A DNA stretch of 60,963 bases from an uncultured Desulfatiglans sp. (GCA_964643755.1 CAZXUA010000005.1:1-60963); one strand, 5' to 3'. Counted from the first letter of the stretch, positions 1 to 9,594 are shown. Notes: generated by a model not told the origin, from the sequence alone. Program-made: numbers and translations.

Positions 1-47
1 CACCACCCTATCCTACACTCTTTCCCTACACGACGCTCTTCCGATCT
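1..47. other. Synthetic Illumina adapter remnant (index-like CCTATCCT at 7-14, then ACACTCTTTCCCTACACGACGCTCTTCCGATCT at 15-47); not genomic
   Basis: Bases 15-47 are an exact match to the TruSeq universal adapter read-1 primer segment. The preceding 8-mer matches an i5 index as I recall it. Confidence 0.9.
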
Positions 48-49
48 AG

Positions 50-424
50 GATTCATGCAGTGTCCCTGAAAAGAACATGGTGATTGAGGTAAAAAACAGC
101 CTTAACGCAAAGGTGGGCGACCTTGTTGAGGTGAGTGTACCTGAAGGCACATTCATTACACTCTCTCTCATGGTATATATCTTCCCTGTTGCGGCGCTTA
201 TGGCAGGGGCATTCCTGGGTAACTACATCTCAACTCTTCTAGACACAGACCCATCTTTAACCGCCATTATTACCGGCGCCATTTTTCTTTTTTTCTCATT
301 TATAATTCTGAAGTTGATTGACAGAAAAAAGGATACCAGGGACAAATATACCCCTCATATGACAAGGATCGTTTCGAATGCGCCTGAATTATCTTCAGGC
401 GATGATACCAACCCAATCATTTAA
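50..424 (+). CDS. RseC/MucC-family (SoxR-reducing system) membrane protein, 5'-truncated by the contig end/adapter
   Basis: The frame stays open back to base 50 (DSCSVPEKN-MVIEVKN...). Two TM helices follow a short beta-rich N-part, as in RseC. The Cys-rich N-terminus typical of the family is missing. Confidence 0.6.
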   Translation, partial: DSCSVPEKNMVIEVKNSLNAKVGDLVEVSVPEGTFITLSLMVYIFPVAALMAGAFLGNYISTLLDTDPSLTAIITGAIFLFFSFIILKLIDRKKDTRDKYTPHMTRIVSNAPELSSGDDTNPII

Positions 425-481
425 AAGCTCAAGCTATCTCTGAAAAAACCACCGCAGCAAAAATTGTGGCGGATCGTTATG

Positions 482-1057
482 CTATGCCATCCCCTTGAAG
501 GCCATAAAGGCAAGTGACATCATGCCTGCGCCTACAAGACCTATGGCAGTATCCTGTAAAGGTTTTGGCACCCTTGCCAAAAGAATACGTTCACGCAGGC
601 CAGCATAAAGAATAAGAGCCAGACCAAAACCCGCAGGGTATGTAAAGGATGAAACAAGGGTCTGCAGGAAGGTATACTCTTCCTTGATGTTGATAAGGCA
701 GACACCCATTACAGCACAGTTGGTTGTGATTAGGGGAAGGAATATACCAAGACCTGAATAGAGTGCCGGGATGGATTTTTTTAAAAACAGCTCAACAAAG
801 GAGACAAGAGATGCAATGACCAGGATAAATGATAATGTCTGCAGATATTCCAGATCAAAAGGTTTGAGGATATAATGGCTGAGTGCCCAGGTGATTGCCC
901 CTGCCAGCACAAGTACGAACACTACCGCTGTAGCCATTCCTGTTGCGGTCTCCATCTTTTTTGAACAGCCAAGGAATGGACAGTTGCCCAGGTATTGGGC
1001 CAGAAGTATGTTATTTACAAATATGCAGCTTATTGCCAGTAAAAAATAATCACCCAT
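482..1057 (-). CDS. rnfA: Rnf electron transport complex subunit A
   Basis: 191-aa polytopic protein, N-terminus MGDYFLLAISCIFVNNILLAQYLGNCPFLG; position after rnfE. Confidence 0.9.
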   Translation of the reverse strand: MGDYFLLAISCIFVNNILLAQYLGNCPFLGCSKKMETATGMATAVVFVLVLAGAITWALSHYILKPFDLEYLQTLSFILVIASLVSFVELFLKKSIPALYSGLGIFLPLITTNCAVMGVCLINIKEEYTFLQTLVSSFTYPAGFGLALILYAGLRERILLARVPKPLQDTAIGLVGAGMMSLAFMAFKGMA

Positions 1058-1082
1058 TTGATTTCACCTAGCCCCTTTTCAT

Positions 1083-1697
1083 TTACTTCTTGCCAAGCAT
1101 GTTCATTACGCAGAGCATGAGCCCCAGGCATACAAATGCGCCGGGCGCCTCTACCAGAAAGGCAAATGGTTTATATGATGCCCCGAGCACATTATGGATT
1201 GAATAATTGATAAACGGGAATGTTAAAGTCCCTGCCCCGAATATCTCTCTGAAGGTTGCTAAGGTGCCGAGTGCAAGGGTATAACCTATACCCATGCCGA
1301 GGGCGTCTGCTATAGAGGCAGCAACCCCATTCTTTGCCGCAAACGCCTCTGCCCTTCCCAGCACTATGCAGTTAACAACAATAAGGGGTATAAAAATACC
1401 CAGTTTTTGATATAGTGGGAATGCGTATGCCTGCATAAGTAGTTCAACAATAGTAACAAATGTTGCAATGACTATTATGTAGCATGAAAGCCTTACCTGT
1501 TTGGGTATCACATTCCTGAGCATGGAAATGAGAATATTGGATAGGATCAGGACAAAGGTGAAGGCAACCCCCATGCCTACCCCGTTTTCCAAGCTCTTGG
1601 TGAGTGCAAGAGTCGGGCATAGCCCAAGCACAAGCCTGAAGGGAGGGATCTCCGCCCATAATCCCTTGGTAAATTCCTGAACAAGAGTTTTTGCCAT
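1083..1697 (-). CDS. rnfE: Rnf electron transport complex subunit E
   Basis: 204 aa with the ...PPFRLVLGLCPTLALT... motif; RnfA paralogue in the expected position. Confidence 0.9.
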   Translation of the reverse strand: MAKTLVQEFTKGLWAEIPPFRLVLGLCPTLALTKSLENGVGMGVAFTFVLILSNILISMLRNVIPKQVRLSCYIIVIATFVTIVELLMQAYAFPLYQKLGIFIPLIVVNCIVLGRAEAFAAKNGVAASIADALGMGIGYTLALGTLATFREIFGAGTLTFPFINYSIHNVLGASYKPFAFLVEAPGAFVCLGLMLCVMNMLGKK

Positions 1698-1718
1698 TAT
1701 CTGTTTCTCCCTGCTTAC

Positions 1719-2303
1719 TTACCCTTTTATATTCTTTAATATCTCGGCCTTGAGTCTTTTATATATCTCTATGGAACTAGCAACCCCTGCACACACACCC
1801 TTTGATGTAACAGTAGCACCGCTCAGGGCATCTATCTCCCCGCCTTCAGGCCTTACCTTAACAGGCTTGTTAACAGATATCCCCTTAAACTGTGCACGAA
1901 AAGATGGCTCTGTTTTTGCGCGCGCACCCAGGCCAGGGGTTTCGCTGTGGGTGGTGATACCTATACCGGCCAGTTCATCCTTGTCAACATTAAAGGCCAC
2001 CATAATACCAATATTGCCGCCATAACCCTTACCGCTCACCTCAAAGGCAACTGTATTTTTTTTGCCGTCAAATACCCCTGTAAAGACATCAATCTCTTTT
2101 TTCCCGTAAGCCACCTTGAACCTGTCTGTAATCGGATCATTTGAGCTTCCGGCCATGATCTCTTTCAAGGCAGGCCCTTTTATATAGGTGAGCTGCTGCA
2201 CCTCTATCCTTTCCGCTGTAAGATTTCTGACTGTTGCCAGTGCCCAGCCTGATACAGCGCTGAAAATGGTCACTATCAGAAAGAGTTTTATCACATTACG
2301 CAT
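1719..2303 (-). CDS. rnfG: Rnf complex subunit G (FMN-binding)
   Basis: N-terminal anchor and FMN attachment motif SGATVTS near the C-terminus; overlaps rnfD by 8 nt. Confidence 0.85.
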   Translation of the reverse strand: MRNVIKLFLIVTIFSAVSGWALATVRNLTAERIEVQQLTYIKGPALKEIMAGSSNDPITDRFKVAYGKKEIDVFTGVFDGKKNTVAFEVSGKGYGGNIGIMVAFNVDKDELAGIGITTHSETPGLGARAKTEPSFRAQFKGISVNKPVKVRPEGGEIDALSGATVTSKGVCAGVASSIEIYKRLKAEILKNIKG

Positions 2304-3264
2304 TCACACCCCCCTTTCCAAGCGCCACTGGCCTGATCTTATCAAGCAGGGGATTGGCTACATTTAAAAGCAGTATGGCGAAAACAGTGCCGTCCGCATA
2401 TGCGCCAATATTTCTGATCAGCACAGTCATCACGCCTGCCATAACGCCAAATAATATCATCGGTATGAAATTCACAGGGGATGATGAATCCTCGGTGATA
2501 AGGAAAAATGCCGCAAGGAGCGTATACCCTGTAACAAGATGAAACATGGGATCAGCATATTTTAAAGGGTCAGCCTGGTGAAAAAACAGGGCTGTAACAT
2601 ATATGCCAAAAAGAAAGGAGATGGATATCTCCCATCTGATGATCCCGCGTAGCATCAGATAAACCCCGCCGATAACAATGCCAAGGCCAAAGGCAGAGCC
2701 GATACCACCTGCCTGCATACCCATAAAGAGCCCTTTTATGTCGTTATTGGTCACAAGTGATGCGCCGAAACGTTTAAGCTCTCCAAGGGGATAAATCATG
2801 TTGAAACCTAAATTGTAACCTACAAGGGCCTGATCAAAATCTGTCAGCCCCTTCCATGCAATAGTAATAATCGCTATGGCCACAAGGGTCGGGTTCAGGG
2901 GATTACAGCCAATTCCTCCCCATATCTGTTTACCTATAACAATAGCTATAAAGGTGCCTGTTATAACCGCCCACCAGGGGGTTGTTGCAGGCATCATCAT
3001 GGCAAATAAAAGGCCTGTCACTGCGGCATTTCCGTCACCTATGCTGACATCCCTTTTCATGGCGATGTTCATTATCAGTTCCCAGATCAATGCAGATGAA
3101 ATTGAGAGGGAAATAACAGCGACAGCAGGCAGGCCATATTGATATATCCCCATAAAAATAGCAGGCAGGGCCGCAAGTATGGTGTTAAGGCTTCTATTCA
3201 CAATGCTGGCGCCGTTATGAAAAAAAGGCGCATGGGAGCTTACAAACAGCTTCTGTTTAAACAT
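2296..3264 (-). CDS. rnfD: Rnf complex subunit D
   Basis: 322-aa polytopic NqrB/RnfD-like protein in operon position. Confidence 0.85.
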   Translation of the reverse strand: MFKQKLFVSSHAPFFHNGASIVNRSLNTILAALPAIFMGIYQYGLPAVAVISLSISSALIWELIMNIAMKRDVSIGDGNAAVTGLLFAMMMPATTPWWAVITGTFIAIVIGKQIWGGIGCNPLNPTLVAIAIITIAWKGLTDFDQALVGYNLGFNMIYPLGELKRFGASLVTNNDIKGLFMGMQAGGIGSAFGLGIVIGGVYLMLRGIIRWEISISFLFGIYVTALFFHQADPLKYADPMFHLVTGYTLLAAFFLITEDSSSPVNFIPMILFGVMAGVMTVLIRNIGAYADGTVFAILLLNVANPLLDKIRPVALGKGGVNA

Positions 3265-4537
3265 TTAATCCCTCCTCACCCTTCAGTTTGAGGTATTCGT
3301 TTTTACCCAGCATGATGTATTGAAAGAGGGGGATCCTCGCCACACAAACATAGGAGCAGAGACCGCATTCTATGCATGAAAGCAGATCATACTCACTGAC
3401 TGCCGCCTCATAAAGCCTGTTTTCCAGCAGTCTTATAAGCATATTTACTGGGATATTTGCAGGGCAGGTTCTAACGCATTCACCGCAGTTTATACACGGT
3501 GTGTCCTGACAGAGCGTAATTTCACTCGCAGGCTGAACAATGATGGCATCTGTATCCCACAGCACAGGCATCTCTTCCGAATAGATGCTTTTTCCCCTCA
3601 TGGGGCCGCCAGCGATTATTCTGTCTCCATGAGAGGTGGTTATTCCAAGATGTCTTAATATATCACAAACCCTTGTTCCGATCCTTACCTTCAGATTTCT
3701 TGCAGAGCCCTTTTTATCTATTACAGTAATCACCTTATATACAGGCGCCTCACCTTTATTTATTACCTTTGCAAGTGAGGCAACCGCCTCTGCCTTAATA
3801 AATCCAACGCCAGAATCACTGCATTTATTGCCTGCAGGAAACACCCTCCTGAGTTTATTCTTCATTACCATCTGCGGAAGGGCAGACGGATAAAGGTCAC
3901 TCACCTCAATAACATCAACATCACCCGATTTCATCTTTAATGAAGAAGAGGGAAGCGCTGTGATATATAGATTCTTAACGCCGGTAAGCCTTTTAAGTAT
4001 TTCAATCCCTTCAAGCACATCCTTAAGCTCCCCTTCAAGAACAGCCTGATTCACCCTTATGAGGAGATCATCATCAACCCCCTCAACAACAATGGCATCA
4101 TAGAGCTCTTTTCTCTCAATAAATTGTTTAAAATCAGGAGAGCCGGGCAGATTCGCAAAAAAGAGAGCGACATTTTCAGGAGACAGTGCCCCGGAAATGG
4201 CCTTTATCTCTTCATGAATCTCCTCCTCTGGCGCTGTTTCAATGGTGACAGATGTGCATCTGACACCAAGATAACCAATATACTCATCAAGGGAGGCTAT
4301 TGTGCCAGTGACCGGCGAAAGGAAACAGGAGCCATCATCGTCAAAAATGAGCCTGCTTCCTGTCTTTACCCTGTCTCCTGCCTTAATCAACCCTTCTACA
4401 TCAGGCGAAAATGGCCTTTTTATATATAAAATCACTTTTTCAGGTAACGGGATGCTGTCAAAGCCTGGATCAGGCCTTTTCACGACCGGATATTTAAGCC
4501 GGGGGGCGCCCATACTGAAAAAAGGTTTCTTAATCAT
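3257..4537 (-). CDS. rnfC: Rnf complex subunit C (2x[4Fe-4S])
   Basis: Two ferredoxin motifs, CINCGECVRTCP and CIECGLCSYVC. I prefer ATG 4537 (AGGAGG 5-6 nt upstream) over the TTG at 4579 used by the ORF track. Confidence 0.88.
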   Translation of the reverse strand: MIKKPFFSMGAPRLKYPVVKRPDPGFDSIPLPEKVILYIKRPFSPDVEGLIKAGDRVKTGSRLIFDDDGSCFLSPVTGTIASLDEYIGYLGVRCTSVTIETAPEEEIHEEIKAISGALSPENVALFFANLPGSPDFKQFIERKELYDAIVVEGVDDDLLIRVNQAVLEGELKDVLEGIEILKRLTGVKNLYITALPSSSLKMKSGDVDVIEVSDLYPSALPQMVMKNKLRRVFPAGNKCSDSGVGFIKAEAVASLAKVINKGEAPVYKVITVIDKKGSARNLKVRIGTRVCDILRHLGITTSHGDRIIAGGPMRGKSIYSEEMPVLWDTDAIIVQPASEITLCQDTPCINCGECVRTCPANIPVNMLIRLLENRLYEAAVSEYDLLSCIECGLCSYVCVARIPLFQYIMLGKNEYLKLKGEEGLNV

Positions 4538-4585
4538 CTTTTCCTCCTGCACAACCGTAAAACAAACCGCCCGGGACAACCCTCT

Positions 4586-4972
4586 TTACAGAACATGACA
4601 GTCCGTACACTTTTCAACAGGCCCTTGCCCACCCTCTTCATGACAGCCCTTGCATTGGGAATGAAGGGCGTCTGAACGCTTAAGCATCCCCTCTTCAGGA
4701 CTTTCAACATTATGACACCCGGTACAAGAACCCGGCCTTTCCGCCTCATCCCTGTTCCATGCAGGATGGCAGTCTGCGCAGTCAAGCCCGTAGCTCTCTT
4801 TATCCGAATGTATATCATGTGAAAAGAGGACATTCCCTCCACTTGTCTGAAACATGATCCTGACAGGCCTCTCCAGGCTTTTTACAGGAAATGCGGCGTA
4901 ACATACCACCCCAAGACAAAAAAGTACTGCTCCTGCGCAAAAGGCTATATATCTCTCTGTTTTTCGCTTCAT
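4586..4972 (-). CDS. Membrane-anchored tetraheme cytochrome c (c3-like), first gene of the rnf operon
   Basis: Four CXXCH motifs (CADCH, CTGCH, CKGCH, CTDCH) after an N-terminal hydrophobic anchor; AAGGA RBS upstream. Confidence 0.85.
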   Translation of the reverse strand: MKRKTERYIAFCAGAVLFCLGVVCYAAFPVKSLERPVRIMFQTSGGNVLFSHDIHSDKESYGLDCADCHPAWNRDEAERPGSCTGCHNVESPEEGMLKRSDALHSQCKGCHEEGGQGPVEKCTDCHVL

Positions 4973-5125
4973 TATGTTTCCTTAAAATATATTTAACCAG
5001 GACATACCTCTGGTGAAATATTTTCATCCCGATTTATTAAAAATGCCGCATACTGAAAGATGGTTTATTATTTCAATACGTTAGGCAATATCAATAATGG
5101 TATGCAAATTAAAATTTACTCGGAG

Positions 5126-5154
5126 TTTTTAGAAAAAGGGCCGGGAATTGTCAA
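5126..5154 (-). promoter_or_regulatory. Candidate sigma70 promoter for the cytochrome c-rnf operon (TTGACA-N17-TAAAAA)
   Basis: Read on the minus strand: ttgaca attcccggccctttttc taaaaa, about 150 nt upstream of the cytochrome start. Confidence 0.3.
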
Positions 5155-5302
5155 GCAATATAAAAAGGGCCCCTTGCACGGATTAATCATAATTTTTAAA
5201 GATAATGGATATTTATTACATCTTTAACAGGCCATTTTATCTTGCAGGGTCAGTGAAACAGAGAATTCATATTTAAAAATTATCCTGAATAATGGTAATG
5301 TT

Positions 5303-5653
5303 ATGAGTCTGACAGATGAGGTAATAGAGATCATGAACAATATATATAAAGGTATCCCTTTTGAACTGCCTGATGAGCTGATAGAAAAAATCGGCGGCAG
5401 CGCTGAAAGGGGGGTTGCTGTTGAGCGGATTATATCAAGGGGGCATGCCTCTCCTCCAGGGTTCTGGTATGATCAGGATAAGACCGAGTTTGTTATCCTG
5501 CTTACGGGCAGGGCTGCCATCCTTTTTAAAGAGAAAGAGCGGATAGTTGAGATGCTGCCCGGCGACTATATCGAGATACCTGCCCATTGCCTGCACAGGG
5601 TGGAATGGACATCAGCAGAAGAGGATACTCTCTGGCTTGCCCTCTTTTATTGA
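5303..5653 (+). CDS. Cupin-domain protein
   Basis: 116 aa with cupin-like motifs (G-H-x-S...PGDYIEIPAHCLHRV). Confidence 0.6.
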   Translation: MSLTDEVIEIMNNIYKGIPFELPDELIEKIGGSAERGVAVERIISRGHASPPGFWYDQDKTEFVILLTGRAAILFKEKERIVEMLPGDYIEIPAHCLHRVEWTSAEEDTLWLALFY

Positions 5654-7068
5654 TCCTTTTCATCCCTCTTTTTCTGCGGATTAAAGAGCCCCGTGGTCAG
5701 GCTGAATGTAGCCCCTGCAATAGGTTTGATATGGCTGATCCTGAAGATCAGCTCCCCCTCGCTTATGGGTTCTACCTCCCTCACCTCCCTGAATTTTTTA
5801 AGGAATATATATGCTGCTATAAATCTTATAACCCCTGATATCAGAAAGACCATGAGCAGCATGGATACAGGCTGCCAGACAAATAATCCAAAATTGATGG
5901 AATCAGGTAGATGGCTTGCAGTAAGCCCACCCAGTAAAGAGCCTGTGAAGACAGCCACACCGTTCATAAGCCCCTGATAGGCCACACACCTTGCCCTTTT
6001 TGGAGGGGTTACCGCATCAAACAGAAAATTTGCAATGGCCAGGTTGAATCCAGACCATATTATCCCACCATAGATCTGTATAAAAATGAAGTAAAAGATA
6101 TTGGCAGGCCCCACCCAGAGGATGGGGACAAGGGACATGCCCCAGCCGCATATATTTAGTATCTTTTTATTGCCGAAACGGTCACTGATGCTTCCCCAGT
6201 GTCTGAAGGTAAGAAACTGGGAGATATTGCCGACGGCTATAACAAGGGTATAGGCCATATAGCTGTATTCAAGGTCCCTCAGCATATATAATGAAAAATA
6301 GGGGGCAGAGAATGCGACACCGAGGTTGATCATGGCAACAAAGAATACGAACTTGGCAAAGTTTGAATAGGGTGACCTCTTTAAAAACTGCCTGAAGGTG
6401 AATACCTGGTCAGGTGTGATGGTAAGGGGCGGGTCATCATATCTTTTTATCCAGTAGACAGAGAGCAGCCTTGCAAGGCATGCCACAGTGAAGATAATCA
6501 GGTATCCGAACTCAGGGCAGCCCTGTTTTTTAAAAAGATGGAGCAATAGCCCGGCAAGTGTGAGGGCTATAAAGGTATTCATACCGGTAAGGGTATTACG
6601 CTTCCCGAAAAACCGGCCCCTTACATTCGGGTGAATAAGGTCTCCTATAAGGCTGTTCCAGGCAGGCACAGTTGCCCCGTTAGCGCAGAAATAGATGATC
6701 ACCAACAGGAGGAGAAACATCACTGATCTCTGCCCCAACCCAAATAGAAAAAACAGGAGCGCAATGGGAATGAAAGTAAGCGCCTGTAAAAATGCACCTG
6801 TTGTTACAACCCTCCGCCTGCTCTGTATCCTGTCCAGATTTATTGCCCCTGCCCACTGTACAATTGCCGCCAGAAGCTGCGGCAGGGTGGCTATGAGCCC
6901 AACCTGGATGGTTGTTGCCTTAAGGAAGATGCTGAAGACCCCGAAATAGTTTTCACCGCATCCCATCATAACAGCATGGCTCATGCCGTCGTTTATTGAT
7001 GCCTTCATGGAAGGGGTGTAATTCAGCTTTTCCTTTGTTTTATTCATGGCTTCTTTTTTTGCTTCCAA
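5647..7068 (-). CDS. MFS transporter
   Basis: 473 aa, about 12 TM segments, typical MFS loop motifs; 3' end overlaps the cupin gene by 7 nt (convergent). Confidence 0.7.
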   Translation of the reverse strand: MEAKKEAMNKTKEKLNYTPSMKASINDGMSHAVMMGCGENYFGVFSIFLKATTIQVGLIATLPQLLAAIVQWAGAINLDRIQSRRRVVTTGAFLQALTFIPIALLFFLFGLGQRSVMFLLLLVIIYFCANGATVPAWNSLIGDLIHPNVRGRFFGKRNTLTGMNTFIALTLAGLLLHLFKKQGCPEFGYLIIFTVACLARLLSVYWIKRYDDPPLTITPDQVFTFRQFLKRSPYSNFAKFVFFVAMINLGVAFSAPYFSLYMLRDLEYSYMAYTLVIAVGNISQFLTFRHWGSISDRFGNKKILNICGWGMSLVPILWVGPANIFYFIFIQIYGGIIWSGFNLAIANFLFDAVTPPKRARCVAYQGLMNGVAVFTGSLLGGLTASHLPDSINFGLFVWQPVSMLLMVFLISGVIRFIAAYIFLKKFREVREVEPISEGELIFRISHIKPIAGATFSLTTGLFNPQKKRDEKDQ

Positions 7069-7196
7069 TTATAAATTCCCCGGTTGTTTTACATAAATCT
7101 GATCAATTTATTATTAAGAAAAGTCCCCCTTAAATGGGTGCATTGACAATACAGTGTCAGAAATTCTGCGGGTTACTAAATACACCGTTATAGATA

Positions 7197-7241
7197 CCAC
7201 GGAGGACACGGAGATAAAATTTTGTTCCGTGTCCTCCGTGG
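7197..7241. repeat. Perfect palindrome: 16-bp arms ccacggaggacacgga / tccgtgtcctccgtgg with a 13-nt AT loop
   Basis: The arms are exact reverse complements, read directly; lies in the divergent MFS/nadA intergenic region. Confidence 0.9.
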
Positions 7242-7378
7242 TTAAATTATATGCTATTTTATTTACTCCAATGTTTATTTAGACATCGGCTTGACCTGTT
7301 ATGATTCATCCTATAGTATAGCCCGGATGATAGCATACAAATAAAGTTAAAATAAAATGAATTTTCAGGGATATTAAG

Positions 7379-8311
7379 ATGGGATTAAATATCGAACGTA
7401 TGGAAGAATTGAAGAATAGAATAAGGGTGCTGTTAAAGGAAAAGAATGCGATCCTTCTTGCCCATAATTATCAGCGGCCTGAGATACAGGACGTGGCAGA
7501 CCTCTGCGGTGACTCTCTGGAGCTATCCATAAGGGCATCAAAGACCGAGAAGGATATTATTGTATTCTGCGGGGTACATTTTATGGCGGAGACTGCGTCG
7601 ATATTGTCACCCAATAAAACAGTTCTACTGCCTGTTGCAGCTGCGGGATGCCCTATGGCAGATATGATTACCGTCCGTGAATTGATAGAGGAAAAGAGAA
7701 AAAATCCCGGCAGGGTTATTGTGAGTTATGTGAATACCACAGCGGATGTGAAGGCTGAATCGGATATATGCTGCACCTCGGCAAATGTGGTAAAGGTTGT
7801 TGAGAGCATTGATCCTGACAAAGAGATATTTATGACACCTGATAAAAACCTTGCCCAGTATGCCAGAAGCAGGACACAGAGGCGGATAACATGGTGGAAT
7901 GGGTTCTGCCCCACACATAATAATCTGAAACCATCACAGGTAAAAAAGGTAAAGGCGGAAAACCCTGATGCCCTTTTTCTCGCCCACCCCGAATGTACAC
8001 CAGAGGTGCTGGCGCTCGCTGACGAGATAAAGAGCACCTCGGGCATTATTGCATTTGTAAAAAACTCATCCCATAAAAGATTTATAATAGGGACTGAAAA
8101 CGGTATCCTTCACCCCCTTAAAAAGGCCAACCCGGACAAAGAGTTTATCCCTGCTGACCCTGATATGATCTGTGCCAACATGAAAAAGACAGGGCTCCTT
8201 GATGTGGTAAAGGCACTTGAAGAGATGAAAACCATAGTAAAGGTGCCGGAGGAGATTGCCAACAGGGCAAGAAATGCAGTTGAAAAGATGCTCGCCATAC
8301 CGGCGGGCTAG
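7379..8311 (+). CDS. nadA: Quinolinate synthase
   Basis: 310 aa, ...ILLAHNYQRPEIQDVAD..., conserved Cys pattern of NadA. Confidence 0.88.
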   Translation: MGLNIERMEELKNRIRVLLKEKNAILLAHNYQRPEIQDVADLCGDSLELSIRASKTEKDIIVFCGVHFMAETASILSPNKTVLLPVAAAGCPMADMITVRELIEEKRKNPGRVIVSYVNTTADVKAESDICCTSANVVKVVESIDPDKEIFMTPDKNLAQYARSRTQRRITWWNGFCPTHNNLKPSQVKKVKAENPDALFLAHPECTPEVLALADEIKSTSGIIAFVKNSSHKRFIIGTENGILHPLKKANPDKEFIPADPDMICANMKKTGLLDVVKALEEMKTIVKVPEEIANRARNAVEKMLAIPAG

Positions 8312-8344
8312 CAAGACCCCTGAATGAGATACTGAATTGTGCCT

Positions 8345-8554
8345 TTATCCATAATTATATACGGGGGTTTCCATAAACCTGTCCGGATCTCTCTTATCTT
8401 TAATAATACTCTGGATATGTTCTACTGTATCCGGAGAAAAGAATTGTTCCCCTGTCTCTTTGCATACTCGTGCTGGTACATTCTCAACAATATAAAATTT
8501 GCCATTATGCTCTAACATGTATGTAACCCTGGATTCAATCATTGTTTCTTTCAT
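8345..8554 (-). CDS. YgiT-type zinc-finger-like small protein (degenerate), putative antitoxin
   Basis: 69 aa with ...NVPARVCKETGEQFFSPD..., resembling the YgiT/MqsA N-domain with most Cys lost; 12 nt downstream of the DUF4258 gene. Confidence 0.5.
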   Translation of the reverse strand: MKETMIESRVTYMLEHNGKFYIVENVPARVCKETGEQFFSPDTVEHIQSIIKDKRDPDRFMETPVYNYG

Positions 8555-8566
8555 ATTAAATCTCCT

Positions 8567-8878
8567 TTATCTCCTGATCTTATAATTTACCCATAATTCA
8601 GGGTCAGGTTGGTATATGGTGATTATCTTAATAAGCGGTCGGTTTGGATAACTGCACTGTATATGTAATGGCCTGCCTGCTTTAGTATACCCCAGGATAA
8701 GACAACTTGGACCATATTTGTCATCTGGATAATCTTCGATGACTTCACTTTTCCCTGTCAATGCAGCCTCCACTTCTAAAACGCTTATATCGCGGATAAC
8801 ACTCTGATCCACAGCATGTTTGGAGTATTCGTACTGGCGTTGTATTATCTTTAAGCTGATATCCTGAATAAGTGACAT
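8567..8878 (-). CDS. DUF4258-family protein, putative toxin
   Basis: 103 aa; YSKHA...R.IS...VE.A motif typical of DUF4258; paired with the YgiT-like gene. Confidence 0.55.
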   Translation of the reverse strand: MSLIQDISLKIIQRQYEYSKHAVDQSVIRDISVLEVEAALTGKSEVIEDYPDDKYGPSCLILGYTKAGRPLHIQCSYPNRPLIKIITIYQPDPELWVNYKIRR

Positions 8879-8943
8879 GGTGAAATATTATCAAAACTAA
8901 AAATTTTGGTCAAATTTCATTTTCCTGTATTGTTGCCCCTTAT

Positions 8944-9594
8944 TTAAAGAGACCTTGCCTGATTTACCCATAGCTGCACAGATGGTCTCTGCCATTGATA
9001 ATGCGCATAGTCTTTTAACTTCTCAGGCACATCATCACCATTTAATACAAGACGGTTGAGCATTAAAGCCAGGTCTGTGTTAGCGATACACCAATCGTCA
9101 AAAAGATTTTTTGCGTTATTTTTAATCAGGCTATCTGCAGCAGTAAACAGCCGTAAAGCGTCTGCTTGTGCTGCTGTAGAAAGGGGTTTGTTTGTTGGTT
9201 TGCTAAATACGCATTCAGTCGAGCGCTCTTCCCGAAGCGGTAAAAAATCACTTCTAATCCATGCCTGTACCTGCCTTGCCCTTGCCTTTAATCGGGTATC
9301 TTTAGGGTATACACCTGGAGCAGGATACTGCTCATCCAAATATTCTGAGATTGCTGATGACTCTGACAAATAGAAATCACCATGTGTAAGGGTAGGCACA
9401 CGCTGTGTAAGGGATATATTTGCATAATCCGGGTGGTTATTCTCTTTTGCCTTTAAATCGATCTTCCTGATCTGAAACGGAATGCCCTTCTCTTTCAGTG
9501 TAACAAATACTGACATGGCATATGGGCTTATAAACTGTGAATCGACATAAAGAATAATTTCATCATTGCGCATGACAGTTCTCCATTTAATCAT
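8944..9594 (-). CDS. Glutathione S-transferase (YfcF-like)
   Basis: Thioredoxin-like N-domain (...SPYAMSVFVTLKEKGIPF...VPTL...LSESSAISEYL) plus a helical C-domain. Start ATG overlaps the mfd stop (ATGA). Confidence 0.75.
   Translation of the reverse strand: MIKWRTVMRNDEIILYVDSQFISPYAMSVFVTLKEKGIPFQIRKIDLKAKENNHPDYANISLTQRVPTLTHGDFYLSESSAISEYLDEQYPAPGVYPKDTRLKARARQVQAWIRSDFLPLREERSTECVFSKPTNKPLSTAAQADALRLFTAADSLIKNNAKNLFDDWCIANTDLALMLNRLVLNGDDVPEKLKDYAHYQWQRPSVQLWVNQARSL

Noticed and set aside
425-481. Possible terminator hairpin (ccaccgcagcaaaaattgtggcgg) between rnfA and the RseC-family gene
   Set aside because: The arms are not properly complementary, with only short alternative pairings, and there is no clean T-tract.
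4534-5027. ORFs 4534-4842 and 4815-5027 (minus strand) overlapping the cytochrome c gene
   Set aside because: They are in alternative frames of a gene with four clear CXXCH haem sites and a good RBS. They show no motifs of their own.
5028-5302. Possible sigma-54 promoter (GG-N10-GC) upstream of the cytochrome c-rnf operon, around 'ggccctttttatattgc'
   Set aside because: The spacing between the GG and GC elements is about 13 nt rather than 10, and the flanking bases do not fit TGGCAC/TTGCW. A sigma70-like TTGACA-N17-TAAAAA fits better.
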